From NCBI GenBank assembly GCA_012510695.1, contig JAAZHN010000008.1:1-26550 (forward strand): a DNA stretch of 26,550 nucleotides, in the 5' to 3' direction. Source of the stretch: Mollicutes bacterium (GTDB lineage Bacteria; Bacillota_I; Bacilli_A; RF39; UBA660). Positions 1 through 6,835 of the stretch are shown here, one piece after another (the first letter of the stretch is position 1; every line of letters begins with the position of its first letter). A model generated the notes under the pieces. The model was not told the DNA's origin, did no database searches, and worked only from the letters and a program-made list of their open reading frames with translations. The position numbers were made by a program, and so were the translations under genes.

Positions 1-957
1 AACTTAGCAAAAGTTTTACTTTATGCACTCAATCAAGGAATTGATGAGATGAGTAAAATAGAAGTTATTAAAGATATTCCCAAAATATCTGAAGGAGTTT
101 TAGAATATGAAGAGGTCCGTAAACTATATCGCTTAGTTATGGAAAGAACAGTTAAAACATATGTTGATACGATGAATGTTATTCATTATATGCATGATAA
201 GTATGCTTATGAAAGAAGCCAAATGGCTCTTCATGATACCTTAATTGATAGATTAACTGCTTTTGGAATAGCTGGTTTCTCAGTCGTAGTTGATAGTTTA
301 TCCGCGATTAAGCATGCTAAGGTTACTCCGATTAGAGAAGACGGGATTACAGTTGATTTTAAAATTGAAGGTGATTATCCAAAATATGGTAATGATGATG
401 ATAGAGTTGATGATATTGCTGTAGAAATTGCTGAAGAATTTATTAATGAATTAAGAAAACATGGATTATATCGTAATGCTAAACACACTTTATCAATTTT
501 AACAATTACATCAAATGTTGTTTATGGGAAAAATACAGGTGCCACTCCTGATGGAAGAGAGGCTCATGCAGCATTCGCGCCAGGTGCTAATCCCTTACAT
601 GGAAGAGATGTTAATGGAGCTCTTGCTTCATTAAATTCCGTAGCGAAAATACCTTACTGTGATGGTTGTGAAGATGGAATATCTAATACTTTCTCAATCG
701 TACCAAGTGCACTAGGTAGTGATGAATCATCACAAATTAATAATTTAGTTGATTTATTAGATGGTTACTTTACTAAAGGGGCTCATCATTTAAATGTTAA
801 TGTTTTAAATAGAGAGATGTTAATTGATGCGATGCATAATCCAGATAAGTATCCAAACTTAACAATAAGAGTAAGTGGTTATGCTGTTAGATTTAATAAA
901 CTGAATAAAGAACAACAAGAAGAAGTTATATCAAGAACTTTCCACGAGGCCGTATGA
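1..957 (+). CDS. pflB: Pyruvate formate-lyase (formate C-acetyltransferase), 3' part; the gene starts upstream of the window
   Basis: The frame is open from base 1 ([17 protein letters not shown]...). It contains [26 protein letters not shown] and the glycyl-radical motif TIRVSGYAV, and ends RTFHEAV-TGA. Confidence 0.97.
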   Translation, partial: NLAKVLLYALNQGIDEMSKIEVIKDIPKISEGVLEYEEVRKLYRLVMERTVKTYVDTMNVIHYMHDKYAYERSQMALHDTLIDRLTAFGIAGFSVVVDSLSAIKHAKVTPIREDGITVDFKIEGDYPKYGNDDDRVDDIAVEIAEEFINELRKHGLYRNAKHTLSILTITSNVVYGKNTGATPDGREAHAAFAPGANPLHGRDVNGALASLNSVAKIPYCDGCEDGISNTFSIVPSALGSDESSQINNLVDLLDGYFTKGAHHLNVNVLNREMLIDAMHNPDKYPNLTIRVSGYAVRFNKLNKEQQEEVISRTFHEAV

Positions 958-1673
958 AAGGGTATATTCATTCAATCGAAACATTCGGGATGTTAGATGG
1001 GCCTGGAATAAGAGTAGTAATCTTCTTACAAGGTTGTGCCCTAAGGTGTGCATTTTGTCATAACCCAGACTCATGGGCTAAAGAATCTGAAACAATGATG
1101 AGTCCTGAAGAAGTATTAAAGTTTGTCCAAAGATATAAATCTTACTTCAAAGATACTGGAGGTGTAACCTTCTCTGGTGGTGAACCTTTATTTCAAAGTG
1201 ATTTTCTTCTAGAATGTTTAAAACTTTTAAAAGAAGATGGCATTCATACTTGTATTGATACTTCAGGTGCTGGTAATAATAATTATGAAGAAATATTAAA
1301 ATATACTGATCTTGTAATTTTTGATGTTAAAGCTTTAACTGATGAAGATTATGAAGAATTAGTAAATTTTAGAAGAAATAGATCAGAGGAATTTTTAGAA
1401 CTTTGTCAAAGTATGGAGAAAAGCTTATGGCTAAGACAAGTCATAATTCCTGGTTATAATGATAATGTTGAATATATTGAAGAATTAGCTGAATATATTA
1501 AACCAATTAAATTTGTTGAAAAAATTGAATTGTTACCTTACCATACTAAAGGTGTTCATAAATATAAAGAATTAAATATTCCTTACCCACTTACAGATGT
1601 TCCTGATATGGATATCGATAAATGTAAGGAATTAGAAAAAATATTAATAGACAAAGTAAAAAGCCTTGATTAA
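954..1673 (+). CDS. pflA: Pyruvate formate-lyase activating enzyme (radical SAM)
   Basis: [15 protein letters not shown], CxxxCxxC ([13 protein letters not shown]), [20 protein letters not shown] overlap with the pflB stop. Confidence 0.97.
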   Translation: MKGYIHSIETFGMLDGPGIRVVIFLQGCALRCAFCHNPDSWAKESETMMSPEEVLKFVQRYKSYFKDTGGVTFSGGEPLFQSDFLLECLKLLKEDGIHTCIDTSGAGNNNYEEILKYTDLVIFDVKALTDEDYEELVNFRRNRSEEFLELCQSMEKSLWLRQVIIPGYNDNVEYIEELAEYIKPIKFVEKIELLPYHTKGVHKYKELNIPYPLTDVPDMDIDKCKELEKILIDKVKSLD

Positions 1674-1681
1674 GGCTTTTT
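1658..1681. terminator. Bidirectional intrinsic terminator lying inside the overlapping 3' ends of two convergent genes
   Basis: AAAAAGCCTT-gatt-AAGGCTTTTT perfect inverted repeat. It covers the pflA stop (1671-1673) and the opposite-strand stop (1670-1672). Confidence 0.75.
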
Positions 1682-2509
1682 GTTTTCTTCAATTTCCACA
1701 ATATCTCCTCGATAGAAATAATGTTTACCATCAGACTGTTTTTTGAATGTATATTTATAGGTTTTCAGCTTACCTTCTTTAGATAATTTATTGAATCCTT
1801 CATCTAAGTCGTTATATGTTCCCACTGCTGTAGGAGTAGAAATAATTTTATCATTAGTACTATTTTCTATATAATCAACATCTAATACTGGTAATTTAGT
1901 AAAGAAATAATATTTTTCGTTATTTTCTAATACATAAGCATAATGACTATAAACATAAATTGCTTCAGAATCTTGTTTTGCCGCAATTAATTGGTCTTTA
2001 GCATGTAATGATACTGGACCCCCTTCACCACCACATGGACCATTATCATGATAAATTTGTTTCTTAGAATCATATAATCCTAATTGACCACATATCTCTC
2101 TAAAATTTTCTTCTAAAGAACCATGTTCAAATAAAGAATCTGGACCAAAGATTTTTCTAAAAGCATTTTCCATATCACTTGCTTTTGCATACATCACATA
2201 TTCATCTGGGTTAGAATGGCTTATTATGTTTACTTCTTCTTTTGCCGAGACCATTTTGAATTCTCTTCTCATTGTTTCAACATTTGTATCAACAAAATCC
2301 CACATAAGCGGATAATTATCTGGAAAATAGATTAGCGAATTATTAGTAGGGAATTTTAAATTTTTAACCAGTGATGAATTAATATCTAAAGCTTTTAATT
2401 CACTATAACCATTTTCTGTTGTCTTAAATTTGGTTAAAACTTCTTCTATACTTTGTTTACTATATTTAAATATAATATGATCTGTATTATTTGTATCTTT
2501 TTTTATCAT
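1670..2509 (-). CDS. Hypothetical protein (279 aa), possibly chimeric: P-type ATPase-like N-terminal ~36 aa joined to a secreted-protein-like body
   Basis: Long ORF with SD AGGTGA 6 nt before ATG and TATAAT just upstream. No signal peptide or TM helix. Body contains CGQLG...GPCGG and YKYTFKK. Confidence 0.75.
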   Translation of the reverse strand: MIKKDTNNTDHIIFKYSKQSIEEVLTKFKTTENGYSELKALDINSSLVKNLKFPTNNSLIYFPDNYPLMWDFVDTNVETMRREFKMVSAKEEVNIISHSNPDEYVMYAKASDMENAFRKIFGPDSLFEHGSLEENFREICGQLGLYDSKKQIYHDNGPCGGEGGPVSLHAKDQLIAAKQDSEAIYVYSHYAYVLENNEKYYFFTKLPVLDVDYIENSTNDKIISTPTAVGTYNDLDEGFNKLSKEGKLKTYKYTFKKQSDGKHYFYRGDIVEIEENKKP

Positions 2510-2567
2510 TTGTTATCACCTAATTCAATTATAAGGCTTATTTAAATAAAGGCAAATATAATGAATT

Positions 2568-2591
2568 AAAAAAATCCTTAAATTAAGGATT
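2568..2591 (-). terminator. Intrinsic terminator downstream of tRNA-Cys
   Basis: Palindrome AATCCTTAA-n-TTAAGGATT (2573-2591) continuing into a T-run on the minus strand (A7 at 2568-2574 on plus). Confidence 0.65.
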
Positions 2592-2600
2592 ATATTTATT

Positions 2601-2674
2601 TGGAGGAGCTAGACGGATTTGAACCGACGGTGAAGGTGTTGCAGACCCATGCCTTACCACTTGGCTATAGCTCC
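2601..2674 (-). tRNA. tRNA-Cys (anticodon GCA) with encoded CCA
   Basis: Reverse complement: GGAGCTA TA GCC AAGTGGTAA GGC A TGGGT CT-GCA-AC ACCTT CACC GTCGG TTCAAAT CCGTC TAGCTCC T CCA. Perfect 7-bp acceptor stem and U73 discriminator typical of tRNA-Cys. Confidence 0.96.
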
Positions 2675-2683
2675 ATGAAAAGT

Positions 2684-2712
2684 ATTATAACAAATACTTT
2701 TTTTTATTTCAA
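2684..2712 (-). promoter_or_regulatory. Sigma-A type promoter for tRNA-Cys
   Basis: Minus strand TTGAAA-17 nt-TATAAT, with TG-n extension (TGTTATAAT), 9 nt upstream of the mature tRNA 5' end. Confidence 0.7.
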
Positions 2713-4299
2713 ATTAATTATGTATCTTATATTTCTAACAATTATTTCTAAGTTAATTTTATCAGAATATTTAATTGATGAATCAACTTCTAAAACTACT
2801 TTATCTTTTAACTTTTTAGAATTAATTAGTATTACTTTTGAATCATATTCATCACCGTTACTAATATATTTTACTTTTAAGAAATCTTGGAAAAAGTTAG
2901 CTTTATTAGTTAAGCCTCTAGCATAGTAACTAGATGTATCAATATCTAATTCATAGTCTAAAACTAATAATGTTGAGTTACCTAATCGTGATTTAGGAAT
3001 AATTATATCGACAAATGTTTCACAATCATTTTCAAAGTTACATTGCTCATACTCGAAGGTATAATTATCCTCAATTACATAATCATTTACAGTTAAGGTT
3101 GTATTCTTAAGCGTTGATTCATTTAATATAACTTCCGATCCATAGAATTTTGTATCTACATCTTTTATATCAGCAAAAAATGTTGGATTAAGTAAAACTT
3201 TTTGATATTTTCCATAAGTTTGTCTTGTTTTTTCATTATATTTATTACCACTTAGAATTTGTAATTTATAGACATCATCTTGTTTAAAATCATCAATTGT
3301 AAAAACAAATAGACGATTAACATTTGTATTAGGAAGCAAATCTTCTCCACTATATTGAATACCTAAATCAGTAAAGTAAGAATTGACAGTTTTTTCAGCT
3401 ACTATTGTTTTGGTTTTAGTCGCGACTGTTATCTCTTCAAAAATTATTTTCTCTGAACTTGCTGAGGTGTTTTTTAAATTTGCATTAACAACTAAATAAT
3501 ATTTTCCTTTGGAAATTTCACTGCCAGTTTTGGATAAATTAGTCACATATGAATCTGTAACTGAATATTGTAGAAAACCAACATTAAATATTTGATTTTG
3601 ACCATATTCTTTATCAGTTAATTCTTTTTTAAAGAAGATAAAAAATATTGCGACTAAGGTTCCGACAATGAATATGGTTACGATTATTGCAGTATTTTCC
3701 AAAAAGTAATAGCGCCATTCTCTACCATATCTTCTTAATTTAACAATATATTCTCGGTAATCAAAGCCTAATACGAATTCAAATTCTTCATTATCAGTTG
3801 TCGATACATCTAATTCAGCAAGATCTTTAGAAAAGTTAAATCTTTTAATATCAAAGCCTATCGATCTAACTAAACTGAAAATCAAGAAAAATATTTGGGG
3901 ATAATAAGCAATCCTTGCAAGATCATAATACATTCTTGAGGTTTGAATATTAACAACAGAAGTTTCAATAACATTATTAATTATATTATTACCAATAAAG
4001 ACAAAGATTAAAAATATAAAGTAATAAATCGTTCCAAAAATATAAAAGTTGCTTGGTTTCTTCTTGTTTTTCATTAGAAGATACATTGCAAAACTAAATA
4101 TTACATTAATCAAAATAGCTAAGTATACTATTATGCTTGTATTATTAAATATTGTTATTTTACCAGTATTAACTAATTCCCCTAATGTTGAAACTATAGG
4201 ATTGGTTGAAATTAAAACAAATAAAATAGCACCAAATGATAAGAAATTGATTAATCTAAATCTTTTTATTAAAAATGCGTATGGCTTTTTTAAAATCAC
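2704..4299 (-). CDS. Hypothetical multi-pass membrane protein (531 aa) with a large extracytoplasmic, possibly DUF4352/Ig-like region
   Basis: About 4-5 hydrophobic segments in the N-terminal 150 aa and another TM near aa 205-225, then a beta-rich domain (YYLVVNANLKNTS...DLLPNTNVNRLFVFTI). Start moved to GTG at 4299 because AGGAG lies 9 nt upstream; the track's TTG at 4308 abuts the SD. Confidence 0.8.
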   Translation of the reverse strand: MILKKPYAFLIKRFRLINFLSFGAILFVLISTNPIVSTLGELVNTGKITIFNNTSIIVYLAILINVIFSFAMYLLMKNKKKPSNFYIFGTIYYFIFLIFVFIGNNIINNVIETSVVNIQTSRMYYDLARIAYYPQIFFLIFSLVRSIGFDIKRFNFSKDLAELDVSTTDNEEFEFVLGFDYREYIVKLRRYGREWRYYFLENTAIIVTIFIVGTLVAIFFIFFKKELTDKEYGQNQIFNVGFLQYSVTDSYVTNLSKTGSEISKGKYYLVVNANLKNTSASSEKIIFEEITVATKTKTIVAEKTVNSYFTDLGIQYSGEDLLPNTNVNRLFVFTIDDFKQDDVYKLQILSGNKYNEKTRQTYGKYQKVLLNPTFFADIKDVDTKFYGSEVILNESTLKNTTLTVNDYVIEDNYTFEYEQCNFENDCETFVDIIIPKSRLGNSTLLVLDYELDIDTSSYYARGLTNKANFFQDFLKVKYISNGDEYDSKVILINSKKLKDKVVLEVDSSIKYSDKINLEIIVRNIRYIINLK

Positions 4300-4322
4300 A
4301 CTACCCAACTCCTATTATAAGT

Positions 4323-4331
4323 ATTATACCA
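4323..4331 (-). promoter_or_regulatory. Extended -10 promoter element
   Basis: Minus strand TGGTATAAT upstream of the AGGAG SD of the 531-aa gene. Confidence 0.5.
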
Positions 4332-4381
4332 CGAGCTTTAATTCATTTAACATATTAATAATTGTAATTTACACTTTGTTG

Positions 4382-5488
4382 TTATTTAACAAATATCTTA
4401 TTATCTGAATTAAATTTCCACTCATAATTTTTCATTATTTCTACTTCGCCATAATTTAAAGAATATTTATATAAAACATCTTCATGAACATAATATATAT
4501 AATCATTTCCTTTTTGAATAATTTTAGGACTATCTAAGTAACTTATTTGGATAAGATTATCAGTTAAATTGTCTTTAATAAATAAGTGATTATCTTTAAT
4601 TAAGTATTCATATCGAGTCTTTTCACTAAAGATAATTTCATTATTAACTAGTCGATTGATTGTTATGTCTTCCCATTTATCGTTATAGTTTTTACCCAGT
4701 CCATCGTCAGTAGAAATAATATTTATTTCTTTTTTTATTAGATCAATTTCATATTGGACTTTTTCTTTTTTATCTACTAAATACAATTTATCTCCAAAAT
4801 GACCATTAATGTAACTTTCATAACTTATTTCATATAGTATACCAATTTTTTTGCTCTCACCATTTCTCATATCTATAATAATTATTTCATTGAAATTATG
4901 ACTTAAATTGTAATTGGGTATAAAAAGATAATTATCAGTTTTATAAACTAAAGAGTTATCATATATATCTTTTTCAAATAAAGGTATTTTTTCTAACTTT
5001 TCCCTCGAAATAAAGTCTATACCTTTATAATTCCAGATTGCATAGTTTGAAGTATCACTTGTTAATATATTGTACTTATCTATCGTTGTATTTATATAAG
5101 TTTTACTAATATTATATTTTCCTGCAACAAATTGTTTGAACTTTTGGGTATCAATAAGTCTAAAATCAATCGTTTTTTGGCCCTGATAACAAAGGGGCAA
5201 TAATCTAACTTTTGCTACACTTATATCTATGCAGTAATAGTTATCCTCTACATATGTGTTAATTTTTTTTACTATATTACGAAAAGGTGAATATTTTTTA
5301 TCAAATGCATAGTTAAAAGATAAATTATTTTTATTAATTTGTATGTGGTATATTCCATCATATTTTTCACTCACATTGTAGTCATCAACTAAATATTTTT
5401 TTTGATAATTAGTTGGTTTATATAAAATATAGATGAAAATAATTATTATAATAATTAATATGATTAAAAGTGATTTGTTTTTTTTCAT
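4382..5488 (-). CDS. Hypothetical membrane-anchored protein (368 aa), beta-rich and possibly propeller-like
   Basis: Basic N-terminus plus hydrophobic anchor (MKKNKSLLIILIIIIIIFIYILY), SD GGGGTGA 3 nt before ATG, and repeated short beta-strand patterns in the C-terminal half. Confidence 0.8.
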   Translation of the reverse strand: MKKNKSLLIILIIIIIIFIYILYKPTNYQKKYLVDDYNVSEKYDGIYHIQINKNNLSFNYAFDKKYSPFRNIVKKINTYVEDNYYCIDISVAKVRLLPLCYQGQKTIDFRLIDTQKFKQFVAGKYNISKTYINTTIDKYNILTSDTSNYAIWNYKGIDFISREKLEKIPLFEKDIYDNSLVYKTDNYLFIPNYNLSHNFNEIIIIDMRNGESKKIGILYEISYESYINGHFGDKLYLVDKKEKVQYEIDLIKKEINIISTDDGLGKNYNDKWEDITINRLVNNEIIFSEKTRYEYLIKDNHLFIKDNLTDNLIQISYLDSPKIIQKGNDYIYYVHEDVLYKYSLNYGEVEIMKNYEWKFNSDNKIFVK

Positions 5489-5509
5489 AATTCACCCCAT
5501 AATATGAGC

Positions 5510-5959
5510 TTATGACTTTTTATTACCGTGACCGTACTTTTTCTTTTCTCTAATCATAAACGTGGTTATTTTTGTTTCTATTTCATCTAAAGATTTACGA
5601 TCAAGATTAGATAAATTAACTACTTCTTTTACTGTATCTATTTCTATTTTCCCCCAAATGATTCCCATTGCAACTTTTAAATCATTAAATAAATCAGGCG
5701 TTATTGAGTTGAGAAAATAACCCCATGTAACTCTTTTTGAACCAATTAAAAGCCTTTTATTAGTAACTACCACAACACATGTTTGAAAAATGTCTAAAGC
5801 TCGGTCGTTTTTTTGACCTGCACAGGCATATGTTACTTTCTCATCTGGGTTTAAGTGATCATCAATTACACGACAGTGTTTTTTTAATCTCCACCAGGTT
5901 AAAGTCATTGGATACTTTTTTTTGAATTCTTTTACTTTCTCATAAACTTCTGACTTCAT
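5510..5959 (-). CDS. Bacterial PH-domain protein (bPH_3/YokE-like)
   Basis: DHLNPDEKVTYACAG...VVVVTNKRLLIG...GKIEIDT pattern typical of bacterial PH domains. SD GAGGT. Confidence 0.7.
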   Translation of the reverse strand: MKSEVYEKVKEFKKKYPMTLTWWRLKKHCRVIDDHLNPDEKVTYACAGQKNDRALDIFQTCVVVVTNKRLLIGSKRVTWGYFLNSITPDLFNDLKVAMGIIWGKIEIDTVKEVVNLSNLDRKSLDEIETKITTFMIREKKKYGHGNKKS

Positions 5960-5966
5960 ATATACC

Positions 5967-6827
5967 TCACTTGCTCTTCTCTATTTTATAGAACTCTAGG
6001 GCATCTGTTACTCTTTCTTCACTTAAAGCGCCTAAAATACAATCAATAGTTTTTCCATTATGTATTAGTAAAGTTAATGGAGTATTAAATCCTTTATCAA
6101 TAGTTGTATCAACTCCACTATTTGAACAAGTTGCATATCCATCATCATCTGAAATTGTCTTAGAACGTCCAGGAATTATATATTTTTGAGCCATAATTTC
6201 ATTATATTCACTTTGATCATAAAATTCATAATCAAAGTAGTAAACATCTAATTCATATGTTCTAGCTATTTTATTTAGTGTTGGTTTAAACATTTCACAA
6301 AACGAACAAGAAGTACGACCAAAAGTCACCATTAAGATTTCTTCTTTATTAGCTCTATCGATAAACTCCTTGGCATCAGTAGAAACTTTATAATTTATTT
6401 GTTCATAAGCATTATCAAAATATTGGTTATCTAATATTTCTAAATCGCTTGGTGAGTATAGTCCCCTTCTAACTTCAATTATTGTTTTATTATCAATAAA
6501 TGCAAAAGCATTACCTTTTAGTATCTGAGAATTTGCTTCCTCAATACTCTTTTTTTCTTTTTCAGTTAAATTGTCGATGTTAACATAATATAATTCTCTT
6601 CCTTTTTTGTTTTTCAAACTTGATAAATTTGCATATGATTGTTTACTTACCTTACTTTTTGCATAGTCAAAATAAATAATTGACTTAGATCCGCTTGTTA
6701 GTTTATCTTGAAATTCTTCATAAGTTATCGGTTTCAAAGCTTTAGCATTATTATCTATAATCATCGGTACGATAATAATTAGTAATGCGACTACACCGAT
6801 TATAATTTTTCTTACACCTGTTTTCAT
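5967..6827 (-). CDS. Membrane-anchored tandem thioredoxin-fold protein (second domain has CxxC)
   Basis: N-terminal TM, FGRTSCSFCEMF active-site motif, cis-Pro-like NTPLTL, and a first Trx-like domain with FDYAKSKVS in place of CxxC. SD AGGAGG. Confidence 0.8.
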   Translation of the reverse strand: MKTGVRKIIIGVVALLIIIVPMIIDNNAKALKPITYEEFQDKLTSGSKSIIYFDYAKSKVSKQSYANLSSLKNKKGRELYYVNIDNLTEKEKKSIEEANSQILKGNAFAFIDNKTIIEVRRGLYSPSDLEILDNQYFDNAYEQINYKVSTDAKEFIDRANKEEILMVTFGRTSCSFCEMFKPTLNKIARTYELDVYYFDYEFYDQSEYNEIMAQKYIIPGRSKTISDDDGYATCSNSGVDTTIDKGFNTPLTLLIHNGKTIDCILGALSEERVTDALEFYKIEKSK

Positions 6828-6835
6828 TTATCCTC

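Noticed and set aside
652-672. CxxC (YCDGC) in the PflB C-terminal region
   Set aside because: A Cys near the DGISNTFS motif occurs in other Firmicute PFLs as I recall; no evidence for a metal site.
2601-2640. tRNA-Cys as an integration site with att duplication
   Set aside because: I found no duplicate of the tRNA 3' end and no integrase in the window; an attR upstream of base 1 cannot be excluded.
2600-2926. 108-aa plus-strand ORF
   Set aside because: Antisense to tRNA-Cys and to the 531-aa gene; no SD or motif. Shadow ORF.
4363-4373. Palindrome TGTAA-T-TTACA in an intergenic region, with a similar tgtaatttaaca near 17495
   Set aside because: Short and AT-only apart from one G-C pair; expected by chance and matches no operator I can name.
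4049-4408. 119-aa plus-strand hydrophobic ORF
   Set aside because: Antisense shadow of a membrane-protein gene; the hydrophobicity reflects AT-rich codons.
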